This document shows positions 46,801 to 55,367 of a stretch of 64,000 nucleotides of DNA, one piece after another (position 1 is the stretch's first letter; each line of letters starts with the position of its first letter). The stretch is from IMG/VR virus record IMGVR_UViG_3300032116_015700, positions 1 to 64,000 of that record; one strand, given 5' to 3'. The notes under the pieces are model-generated. The model was not told the origin of the DNA and did no database searches. It saw only the letters and a list, made by a program, of their open reading frames with translations. The stretch comes from a virus. Both the position numbers and the translations under genes were made by a program.

Positions 46801-49800
46801 TGCAGATGTACCAGAACTACCCGAACTTCCTGAGGTGCCAGATGTACCAGAACTTCCTGATGTGCCACTTGTACCAGAAGAACCAGATGTGCCTCCACTA
46901 CCTGATGTTCCCGATGTACCATCTGAACCAGTTGTACCAGAACTTCCAGATGTACCAGAACTTCCTGAGGTGCCACTTGTGCCAGAAGAACCCGATGTGC
47001 CACTTGTGCCAGATGTGCCGGATGTGCCCGAACTTCCAGAACTACCAGATGTGCCGGAGCTTCCACTTGTACCTGCAGTGCCACTACTTCCAGATGTACC
47101 AGAACTACCAGATGAACCTGTTGTACCAGAGCTTCCGCTTGTACCAGAGCTGCCGCTAGAACCTGATGAGCCGGAAGTACCAGATGAGCCGGAACTTCCT
47201 GAACTTCCGCTAGAGCCAGAGCTTCCGGAAGTTCCAGCAGTACCAGATGAACCAGAACTACCAGAAGAACCTGATGAACCATCGGTACCAGATGTGCCAC
47301 TAGAACCCGAACTACCTGCAGAGCCAGTTGAGCCAGAAGTACCAGAAGTTCCCGATGAACCAGATGAACCATCAAAACCAGAAGTACCACCTGTACCAGA
47401 AGAACCTACCGCTGCTGCTACGTTTCTATATGCTAATCTTTTTGTTATTGGGTCCCAAATTACCACCTCATTTGAAGAACCAGATGGTAAACTTTGTAAT
47501 GCTACACTACTACTAAAAAATACACTTCCACTTACACCTAAACTTCCACTAATTGTAAGTGATGCATTTATTGTTTGGTTTGTATTGATGTTTAAGAATG
47601 ATGATGTATCGGATGATGGGGTATTTAATGCAAACATTGCATAAGATGCAGTTCTTGCAAAAGTTATACTATCCATTCCCAATGGACCATCAACATCAGA
47701 TGAAAGTACATAGGATGCTGTCAATGATGTTTGTGCTAATCCACCATTTATAGTTACTAATACACCATCCGAGCCAGATGCAATTACATCAACACCCGAA
47801 CCACTAAAGTTAATTTTAGCAACTTGAGATTTTGTTAATGAACCGGTATGGAAAATAAATAAATCAGTTCCTCCACCTTGTCCAGCATTTAATGCGTAAG
47901 ATGCGGTTAATGCGTAAGATGAACTTACTGCACTAAATACCGCCATTGAAGATGTTTGGTTATTTCTTACATATTCATTTGCATTTGCTAATGATGCAGA
48001 TAAAGCCGAAAGTGATGCTGAATCAAATCCAGTTACCGCATCAGCAAATCCTGCTTTAACAGCGTATGATGCAGAAAGTACAGTACCAAACACTCTATCA
48101 CCAGGTATCGTACCATTAATCAATGAACCACCACTACCAATTACAACGTGTCCAGAGGTTAATCCAGCAAATATTAATTGAATAGTATCATCATCAATTG
48201 ATTTTACAGTACCAGGTATAATTTGGTCTTCCGAACCTGTTGCGTAAACTTGTACAACTGGATATCTAATACCCAAATTATGTACAATTGTTAAAGTACT
48301 TACATTATTAAAAGATACAGTTTCAGTTAATGAAGTTTCAGGTTGTGGTACAAAATATCCTCTCGCTTCGTCAAATCTTAAAATATCATATTCAGCAGAT
48401 GCAGTTGGTCCTACTCCTTGGAAATTGTATGTACCCAAGAATGAACCACTAACTAATGGAGAAAATAAATAATGACTTGCCGTAATTTCATTTGCTCTCA
48501 ATCTACCATCAACATAAGAATCACCCCAAACAAATGAAGATGTATTAACTACAAATCCTTTATCAGGTGAAATTGATGCCGTTGCTGAACCACTCTTTAA
48601 TATAAATGTTTCAAACGATAAGTTAGCAATATTGATATTTGTCAATCCACTACCATCACCAAAGAAAACAGAACCAGAGTTTGCTACAATGTTTCCACCT
48701 GTAACGAACAATGCACCGGTTACACTTAAGTTACCAGATACGAATGTTCTAGTTCCAATTTGCAATCCTTTATTTGGTGATATTACTGCTTCAACTGAAC
48801 CAGACTGAATTCTATCAATCTTTAAATCATCTAATGCTTCCGGTGGGATATTAAATAATCCACTACCATCTCCGTCATATCTTGCAGCAGTAATTGGTAC
48901 GTTTACATTTAATATATTTGGGTCAATAATAGCAACGCCTGAGCCAGAGTTAATTTTAAATAACTCCAAGTTTTCAATCGCATCAGGTGGGATATTAAAT
49001 AATCCGCCACCATCACCAAAATATATTGATGCTGTAATTGCACCACTAACCGCCAATGAGGCTGTAATTTCTGCTTTAAATGAGCCAGATTGAGGTGAAG
49101 TTATGACTTGAAATCTATCACCACTTGCTACCGATGCGGTTGCACTACCACTAGCAATCAAAGGAGATGCTGCCGCAACTACGTTTGTTAATTGAGAACC
49201 ATCTCCAACAAATGCAAACGCTGTAATACTACCACTAACATCTACAGAACCAGTAATTCTAGTTCCAATTTGTGAACCAGTTGCTCCGGTTGTTACAATA
49301 AATGTATCTCCACTTTGAACTGATGCTGTTGCCGAACCACTACCAATGAATGGTGCAGCTGCCGCTTGTACATTAGTAATATAAGAACCATCACCAACAA
49401 GATATTGTGCTTTAACACTTCCACTTACATCAATAGAACCAGTGAATCTAGAACCATATTGTACATCCAAACCACTACCAGTTGCTGCAGTTGTAATAAT
49501 AAATGTATCACCACTTTGAACGGATGCAGTTGCACTACCACTAGCAATTAATGGTGCTGCTGCCGCTTGTACATTTGTAATATATCTACCGTCACCAAAT
49601 AAGAATTCAGTTGCTCTTATACTTCCACTAACTTCAATAGAACCAGTGAATTGAGAACCAACTTGCGATTGTGTGAATGGAGTTATTACTCTAAATCCTT
49701 CATCAGGAGTAACCGATGCAGTTACTGAACCTGATTTGATTTCAGTACTAATAAGTGCATCTTCTGTTAATGCTGATTTTGGAATACGTCTTAAATAAGT

Positions 49801-52800
49801 ACCTTCAGCGTATATGAATGAACTAGAATCAATAAATAATCCGCCACTTATATCTGATATAAATAAACTACCACTTACTGAAACAGAACCTGTAAATTGA
49901 GATGCAATAGATGCCGTAAACGAACCATCTTCACCAAATGATGATGTAAATGGAGTTAGTACAACGAATCCAAAATCAGGAGATACCGATGCTGTTACGG
50001 ATCCAGATTTAATTTCAGCAGATATTAATGCATCTTCAGTAAGTGCTGAACGAGGTATGTTTCTTAAATATGCACCCTCTCCAAAGAAATTAGAAGATGA
50101 TTCAAGCAATAATGCTCCAGAAGTTGCATTTATTATCATACTACCAGTAATCAATAAGCTACCGGTAAATTGTGAACCACTATCTACGGATTCTACTTTA
50201 AATCCATAATCAGGTGCTACTGAAGCGGTTACGCTTCCACTCGCTATACGGAATACTTCTTCTGATAATGCTGAACGAGGTATATCAAATAATCCTCTAC
50301 CACTACCACTATACATTGAAGCGGTTAATGTACCTTCTATTTTAGTTGCACCAATAAATTTAATTTCCGCAGGTATTACAATTGAATCTACAATATTCAT
50401 TGTACCTGCCATAGATGAATGCAATTGACAGTTATAATACAAAACATTTGGAGAACCAGATGGTGGAGTAAATGTTATTGTTCCATTATCAGTACCATTG
50501 TTAGATACTCCACTATTATATTGATTTGCAGTACCTGTTGTTTGTGTTGTCTTAATTAAGAATGGGTGTCCACTTGCATTTATGTTAAAAGTATGAGTGA
50601 CACCTCTTACTAAAGTAAGTGTTGGATTTGAACCTTGTATTGAACCACTAAACACATACTCACCACTTCCATTATTAGTTACATTATAAACAGGAAATAA
50701 AGATGAAGTTAGTACTTCTCTTGCCGATGATGAAACTATAAAACTACCACTAATTGTGGAATATGTATTAACCTCAAATCCTCTATCAGGTGCTATTGAT
50801 GCTGTTACACTTCCACTAAATATTTTTGTAGAATCAATTGCTAAATTGGCTAATGTAATATTTGTTAATTTAGAACCATCCCCAACAAAGAAAGAACCAC
50901 TTTCTACATAAAGACTTCCACTTACTCTTACACTACCAGTAAAGAATGAACCACTTGCGGCAGATTTAACTACAAATCCAAAATTAGGTGAAACTGATGC
51001 CGTTACTGAACCAGATTTGATTTCAGTTGATATCAATGCATCTTCACTTAATGCATTTCTTGGAATATTTCTTAAATAAGTACCTTCACCAAAATATGCA
51101 GATGATGAATCTAAAATTAATGAGCCCGATGTTGTTGTTACTCTTAAACTTCCAGTTATAGCAACACTACCCGTTATTCTAGAACCCAAATCTGACGATT
51201 CAACGATAAATCCTCTATCAGGTAATGCAGAGGCAGTAACACTACCACTTGCAATTCTAAATAATTCTTGCGAAAGTGCTGAAAACGGAATATCTGTCAA
51301 TCCAGCACCACTACCACTAAATACCGATGCGGAAACTCCCATTCTAAATCTTGCACTGCCACTTACACTTAAACTACCACTAAATGCAGAACCACTTGCT
51401 ACTGAATTTACTACAAATCCAAAATTAGGTGCTACTGAAGCGGTAACGCTACCACTAAAGATTTTAGAAGTATCTAAATCAGATATTGCGGAACGAGGTA
51501 TATCAAATAAATTTCTACCGCTACCAGAATATGATGAACCGGATGATAAGAATACACCACCTCCACTTATGAATAAACTTCCACTAAATCTTGAACCACT
51601 TGTTATTGATTCTACTCTAAATCCAAAATTAGGTGCTACCGATGCGGTTACACTACCACTAGCAATTAACGAAATATCAAAAGATAAAGCAGAACGTGGA
51701 ATATCGTAAAGAAATCTACCACTACCACTAAATGAAGAACCCGTCTCCAAAAATACACCACCACCAGTAATAAACAACGAACCAGTGAATCTAGAACCAA
51801 ATTCAGCAGATTCAACTTTAAAACCAACACTATCAGGATTTACTGATGCGGTTACACTACCACTTGAAATTCTGTTTGATACTTCCGATGGAACATTTCT
51901 CAATCCACTACCATCTCCTACAAAAGAACCAGATACTAAAGAAGCACTGACTATAAAAGCTCTCAAACTACCACTTATATCAACAGAACCTGTAAATTGA
52001 GAACCATACGCTGAGCCCGTTCTATCGGTTTCAACTTTGAATCCAAAATCAGGTGTTGTTGATGCGGTAATTGAACCTGATGCTATTCTAAATGCATCAC
52101 CGGTAAATGCAGAACGTGGAATATTAAATAATCCACTACCATCTCCTTGAAAGAATGAACCACTAAAAGAGCCTGTAAATTCCCTTGCTCTTACATAATC
52201 TCTTACATACAATCCACCACTTATAGCAGTATTGCCTTCAAATAAAATTCTATCTTGAAGATATAAGTTATCAACTATACTCATTGATGCACCCATCGCA
52301 GAGTGGAATTGACACTGATAAAATAAAGTATCAGGTGAACCCGAAGGAGGTGTGAAATATACTGAACCACTATCTTCACCGTTATTTACAACTCCAGTAT
52401 TATATTGTGCTGCTGTACCAGTTGTGGCAGTTGTTTTTATAAAGAAAGGATGCCCGTTTGCATTTACTTCAAAGCGGTAAGTTACCCCTCTTACTAAAGT
52501 CAATGCTGGGTTTTGTCCACTTGCTGCACCATCAAATACATATGCAGATGAACCAGCTGAAGTTACATAAAAATAATTTGGTATTGATGAGGTTGCTAGC
52601 GGTTCTGCTGAAGATGATACTACAAAACTACCACTAATTGTTGAACGAGTATTTACAGTAAATCCGTAATCTGGTGTAATTGATGCGGTATATGAACCAC
52701 TAAATATTTTTGATGTATCTAAATCAGATATTGCCGTTTTTGGAATATCAAAAAGGAATCTACCGCTACCAGAATAAGAACCAGAATATAATTCTACTCT

Positions 52801-54348
52801 ACTACCACTTATTTTTAAACTACCGGTAAATTGAGAACCACTTGCTTCTGATATTACCTGAAATCCTTTATCCAAAGAAACTGATGCGGTCACCGAACCA
52901 GTCTGAATTCTTGTTGCTGCTACAACTTCTTCTGCTAAAGCGGATAATGGAATATTAAATAATCCCTCACCACTACCAGAATAAAAAGAACCATCTGCTA
53001 ATTGAACAATACCACCGGTTACAAATAAAGAACCAGTAAATTTTGAACCACTAAAAGGTGATGTTACTACAAACCCCCTATCAGGAGAAACTGATGCAGT
53101 TACGCTACCACTTTTAATTTCTACTGATATTAATGCATCTTCGGTAAGTGCATTTCTTGGAATATTTCTTAAATAAGTACCTTCACCAAAATATGCAGAT
53201 GATGAACCCAAAATAAGTGCACCGCTTGTAGCAGTAATAATCATACTTCCGGTAATAAACACACTACCTGTAATACGAGAACCACTATCTACTGAAATTA
53301 CTTGAAATCCAAAATTTGGTGCTACTGAAGCAGTTACTGAACCGGATTTGATTTCGGTACTAATTAAAGCATCTTCAGTAAGTGCCGAACGAGGTATTTC
53401 TCTCAAATATTTACCTTCACCATAATATACTGAACCTGACCTTAATTGTATAGAGCCACTAAATGGATTTATAAATAAACTACCAGATATATCAACACTA
53501 CCAGTAAATTCTGAACCACTCTCTATTGATTCTACTCTAAATCCAAATTCAGGTGTTACAGATGCGGTTATAGAACCTGTTGCCAATTTAGTAGCTTCAG
53601 GCAGATTTATTAAATTTCTACCATCACCAAAAAATGAACCAGTAAATGAACCGCTAAAAGAACCTGTCAATTCCGCAGAACCTGTGAAAGTACCAAAAGC
53701 GCTTGCACTTCCTATAAATGAACCCGTAAGATTACCTGATATAGTTGAACCAGAAATCACATATGCATTTAATCTATCTCTTACTTCTACCGAACCTGTA
53801 AATTGTTGTATATCAGTTTCCTCATCACCAAATACATTTGAACCTGATGAGTAAATTATTGAAGAAGAAATATAAGATACTAAAATCTGCTCAGCGTATA
53901 TTGTATCATCTACATATAAATCACCTTGTATCCTAGTATTTGTATTGACTAATAAATCATTATTAATAAAAGAGGCAGTTGCCGAACCACTTGCTATAAA
54001 AGTTGCATCAGGTAGATTTCTTAATCCACTACCATCACCACTAAACGAACCGGAAAAAGAGCCGGAAAAAGAACCCGTAAAACTACCACTTAATGATGTA
54101 GCACTACCAGTAAAAGAACCTGTAAATTGTCCAGTTACTCTATCTAAATCTAAACTCCTTACAAATCCTCTATTACCCTGGTCATCCGAAACTACTATCG
54201 CAGGGGAGCCAGAAAGTGAAGCAGAAAAGTTTGGAACACCTAAATTTGGTTCAACTTGAGATAAATCTATAAATTGATACCTATCCGGTGTTACATTTTT
54301 GGGTGAAACTACCCTTACCCTACCCGTTAAAAGATTACTTATTGCCAT
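43807..54348 (-). CDS. Giant fibre/virion surface protein (3513 aa): ~75-aa repeats, two cupredoxin-like domains, ~1000-aa Gly-Ser/Thr tract, C-terminal beta domain
   Basis: Repeated GDGSGL.NIP...I.SGS.TASV.P..GF.V...GS.FTGS units; two GHPF...YxCQxHSxM domains; terminal WPASVDWPGGTAP.LT..GTDVLTF domain typical of fibre ends. Confidence 0.75.
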   Translation of the reverse strand: MAISNLLTGRVRVVSPKNVTPDRYQFIDLSQVEPNLGVPNFSASLSGSPAIVVSDDQGNRGFVRSLDLDRVTGQFTGSFTGSATSLSGSFTGSFSGSFSGSFSGDGSGLRNLPDATFIASGSATASFINNDLLVNTNTRIQGDLYVDDTIYAEQILVSYISSSIIYSSGSNVFGDEETDIQQFTGSVEVRDRLNAYVISGSTISGNLTGSFIGSASAFGTFTGSAELTGSFSGSFTGSFFGDGRNLINLPEATKLATGSITASVTPEFGFRVESIESGSEFTGSVDISGSLFINPFSGSIQLRSGSVYYGEGKYLREIPRSALTEDALISTEIKSGSVTASVAPNFGFQVISVDSGSRITGSVFITGSMIITATSGALILGSSSAYFGEGTYLRNIPRNALTEDALISVEIKSGSVTASVSPDRGFVVTSPFSGSKFTGSLFVTGGIVQLADGSFYSGSGEGLFNIPLSALAEEVVAATRIQTGSVTASVSLDKGFQVISEASGSQFTGSLKISGSRVELYSGSYSGSGRFLFDIPKTAISDLDTSKIFSGSYTASITPDYGFTVNTRSTISGSFVVSSSAEPLATSSIPNYFYVTSAGSSAYVFDGAASGQNPALTLVRGVTYRFEVNANGHPFFIKTTATTGTAAQYNTGVVNNGEDSGSVYFTPPSGSPDTLFYQCQFHSAMGASMSIVDNLYLQDRILFEGNTAISGGLYVRDYVRAREFTGSFSGSFFQGDGSGLFNIPRSAFTGDAFRIASGSITASTTPDFGFKVETDRTGSAYGSQFTGSVDISGSLRAFIVSASLVSGSFVGDGSGLRNVPSEVSNRISSGSVTASVNPDSVGFKVESAEFGSRFTGSLFITGGGVFLETGSSFSGSGRFLYDIPRSALSFDISLIASGSVTASVAPNFGFRVESITSGSRFSGSLFISGGGVFLSSGSSYSGSGRNLFDIPRSAISDLDTSKIFSGSVTASVAPNFGFVVNSVASGSAFSGSLSVSGSARFRMGVSASVFSGSGAGLTDIPFSALSQELFRIASGSVTASALPDRGFIVESSDLGSRITGSVAITGSLRVTTTSGSLILDSSSAYFGEGTYLRNIPRNALSEDALISTEIKSGSVTASVSPNFGFVVKSAASGSFFTGSVRVSGSLYVESGSFFVGDGSKLTNITLANLAIDSTKIFSGSVTASIAPDRGFEVNTYSTISGSFIVSSSAREVLTSSLFPVYNVTNNGSGEYVFSGSIQGSNPTLTLVRGVTHTFNINASGHPFLIKTTQTTGTANQYNSGVSNNGTDNGTITFTPPSGSPNVLYYNCQLHSSMAGTMNIVDSIVIPAEIKFIGATKIEGTLTASMYSGSGRGLFDIPRSALSEEVFRIASGSVTASVAPDYGFKVESVDSGSQFTGSLLITGSMIINATSGALLLESSSNFFGEGAYLRNIPRSALTEDALISAEIKSGSVTASVSPDFGFVVLTPFTSSFGEDGSFTASIASQFTGSVSVSGSLFISDISGGLFIDSSSFIYAEGTYLRRIPKSALTEDALISTEIKSGSVTASVTPDEGFRVITPFTQSQVGSQFTGSIEVSGSIRATEFLFGDGRYITNVQAAAAPLIASGSATASVQSGDTFIITTAATGSGLDVQYGSRFTGSIDVSGSVKAQYLVGDGSYITNVQAAAAPFIGSGSATASVQSGDTFIVTTGATGSQIGTRITGSVDVSGSITAFAFVGDGSQLTNVVAAASPLIASGSATASVASGDRFQVITSPQSGSFKAEITASLAVSGAITASIYFGDGGGLFNIPPDAIENLELFKINSGSGVAIIDPNILNVNVPITAARYDGDGSGLFNIPPEALDDLKIDRIQSGSVEAVISPNKGLQIGTRTFVSGNLSVTGALFVTGGNIVANSGSVFFGDGSGLTNINIANLSFETFILKSGSATASISPDKGFVVNTSSFVWGDSYVDGRLRANEITASHYLFSPLVSGSFLGTYNFQGVGPTASAEYDILRFDEARGYFVPQPETSLTETVSFNNVSTLTIVHNLGIRYPVVQVYATGSEDQIIPGTVKSIDDDTIQLIFAGLTSGHVVIGSGGSLINGTIPGDRVFGTVLSASYAVKAGFADAVTGFDSASLSALSASLANANEYVRNNQTSSMAVFSAVSSSYALTASYALNAGQGGGTDLFIFHTGSLTKSQVAKINFSGSGVDVIASGSDGVLVTINGGLAQTSLTASYVLSSDVDGPLGMDSITFARTASYAMFALNTPSSDTSSFLNINTNQTINASLTISGSLGVSGSVFFSSSVALQSLPSGSSNEVVIWDPITKRLAYRNVAAAVGSSGTGGTSGFDGSSGSSGTSGTSGSTGSAGSSGSSGTSGTDGSSGSSGSSGSSGTAGTSGSSGSSGSSGSSGSSGTSGSSGSSGSSGTSGSSGTTGSSGSSGTSGSSGTAGTSGSSGTSGSSGSSGTSGTSGTSGTSGSSGTSGTSGSSGTSGSSGTTGSDGTSGTSGSGGTSGSSGTSGTSGSSGTSGTSGSSGSSGTSATSGSGGTSGSGGTAGTSGTTGTGGSSGTSGSSGTSGSSGSSATAGTGGTSGTSGTSGSSGSGGSSGTSGSDGTSGTSGTSGSSGEAGTSGTSGSGGTSGTSGTSGTSGSSGSSGTTGSAGTSGSSGTSGVDGTSGTSGSSGSSGSSGSSGTTGSSGSSGSSGSSGTSGSSGTSGSSGTTGSSGTTGSSGTSGSSGTAGSSGVDGTSGTSGTSGTSGSSGSSGSSGSSGTSGSDGSSGTDGSSGSAGSSGSSGSSGSSGTSGSSGSSGSSGTAGSSGTDGSSGSGGSSGTAGSSGTTGSSGTTGSDGTSGIDGTSGSSGSSGSSGSSSTSGSSGTTGSSGTTGSEGTSGTSGSDGSSGTDGSSGSAGSSGSAGSSGSSGTTGSSGTTGSDGTSGIDGSSGTSGSSGTDGSSGSGGTSGTSGSSGSSGSSGLNGTFFGSSGTSGSSGSSGSSGSGGSSGSSGSDGTTGSAGTSGLDGTYFGSSGTSGTNGTTGTAGSSGLDGTSGSSGLSGTDGTSGSGGTSGLDGTYFGSSGTTGTSGTGGTSGVDGTSGISGSSGSSGSSGLNGTFFGSSGSSGSSGSSGESGTSGSGGTTGSAGSSGSSGSSGLNGTFFGSSGTAGSSGSTGTAGSSGLDGTGGTSGTSGSSGSSGLNGTFFGSSGTSGSSGSTGTAGSSGVSGTDGTSGSSGSSGLNGTFFGSSGTAGSSGSNGTSGVNGTNGSAGSSGSTGTDGTSGTSGSSGLNGTFFGSSGTSGTSGAQGSQGDAGTSGTSGTTPPGFTSGTSGTDGFSGTSGSSGTSTPGISSGTSGSAGVSGTSGTSALGVTSGTNGSSGVNGTNGTSGFASFSGTLDNGVLTLEGTPPNVRVEDNMTFNGSTLAITGNVTVTTSIAASTFISATTFRETYADQGTGGSVTIDLSTGNNFRRQFNGAATIAFSNPPASNAFGFTLTTVNAGAFAITWPASVDWPGGTAPVLTSAGTDVLTFFTFNGGTTYYGFVVGKNIS
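44290..47410 (-). repeat. Gly-X-Y triplet tract of about 1040 aa with 8 GL[ND]GT[FY]FG interruptions
   Basis: GSS/GTS/GTT triplets with heavily varied synonymous codons; boundaries approximate. Confidence 0.92.
48400..54100 (-). repeat. About 20 or more tandem ~70-80-aa repeats
   Basis: Recurrent SGS[VA]TAS[VI]xP[DN]xGF and FxG[DE]GxxLxNIP motifs; count and boundaries approximate. Confidence 0.85.
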
Positions 54349-54367
54349 TCGTACTTACCAGCTTTGT

Positions 54368-54398
54368 TATAAATATCTAAAAAATCACCTATAAATAT
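54368..54398 (-). promoter_or_regulatory. Tandem ATATTTATA boxes (putative late promoter)
   Basis: Two copies (54368-54376, 54390-54398) upstream of the 3513-aa gene; same motif precedes most structural genes. Confidence 0.55.
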
Positions 54399-54417
54399 TA
54401 ATAGATAATTTATATCG

Positions 54418-55350
54418 TTATTCATTTGCAGATTCAAGAAGTGAAAGAATTACTGATAAATCTGGCGAGCCAGAAACAATAAAGCCATATCCTTCCTCTA
54501 ATACTAATTTACCTGCTACAACAGGTGAAAGTGAATCCGCTGCCGGAATTGTTACGTTTGTAACCAACTGAATAGGATTTTGTGCTATTAAAGTTGGATT
54601 TTCAATTGTGTTTATTACAGTATTTACTAATCCATTTATAACATAAGCAGAACTACTAAATTGTAAAGTTGTAGGACTAAAAGAATTAAAAGATTGAGTT
54701 ACTGTGTTTTGATACAATCTACTAACAAATTGAGATGCTGTTACTGATTGATTTTTTATTACTTGTTGACTTAAATAATTAAAATATTCTAAAGCGTCTA
54801 ACGATGATGAATATTCCTCAGGAAAATTTGTTTTTATAATATTAATACCGTTTTTTGTAAAATATGATTTTGCAGCTTTATCAGTTCTAATTTTTAGATT
54901 ATTATCTAAATCATAAGAAATTGCGTCTGCTAAATCTAAAGCGTAATTTTCAAATCTTGAAGAAGTAAATACAAAAGGAGTTTCAGAAAGATTATTTTGA
55001 AATGATGAATATGCAGCCACTTCTTTTCTTAAAAATTGTCTATTAAGAGCCAGAAGTGCCGATGCACTATCAAAACTTCCACTAAAATTATCTAATGTTA
55101 CAAACCCACCAACAGATGCGCTTATAAAAGAACTACCACTATAAACACCTTCAAAAGATGGTAATGGAATTTCTCTATTAGATGTTACTAATATAGTTAC
55201 AGGCTGTGTAACAAAACTATTGTTTGTAATTTGTGCAGAAAGAACAATTGATGAAACACCTACCGGCGTAACATAAACTTCATCCTGCTCACCAGTCAGA
55301 GATGTTACTACTGACTGAAATCGGTTTAACGGTACAAATACATTTGCCAT
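54418..55350 (-). CDS. Virion structural protein: paralog of 41776-42108 with an inserted degenerate helical repeat domain
   Basis: Termini VYVTPVGVSSIVLSAQITN / GKLVLEEG...ILSLLES match the 110-aa protein; middle ASALLALNRQFLRKEVAAY...DAISYDL...AAKSYF matches the CxRD repeat. Confidence 0.6.
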   Translation of the reverse strand: MANVFVPLNRFQSVVTSLTGEQDEVYVTPVGVSSIVLSAQITNNSFVTQPVTILVTSNREIPLPSFEGVYSGSSFISASVGGFVTLDNFSGSFDSASALLALNRQFLRKEVAAYSSFQNNLSETPFVFTSSRFENYALDLADAISYDLDNNLKIRTDKAAKSYFTKNGINIIKTNFPEEYSSSLDALEYFNYLSQQVIKNQSVTASQFVSRLYQNTVTQSFNSFSPTTLQFSSSAYVINGLVNTVINTIENPTLIAQNPIQLVTNVTIPAADSLSPVVAGKLVLEEGYGFIVSGSPDLSVILSLLESANE

Positions 55351-55367
55351 TTCTTTTTATTTTCCTT

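Noticed and set aside
44290-47410. Possible CRISPR array or DNA-level tandem repeat
   Set aside because: No identical repeats with unique spacers; periodicity is 9 nt with synonymous variation, i.e. protein-level.
39248-47644. Long plus-strand ORFs (PEVPDVP..., MYQMN...) and alternative-frame minus ORFs (VVLVHLV...)
   Set aside because: Shadows of the Gly-Ser/Thr codon tracts, which lack stops in other frames; they begin and end with the repeats and have no expression signals.
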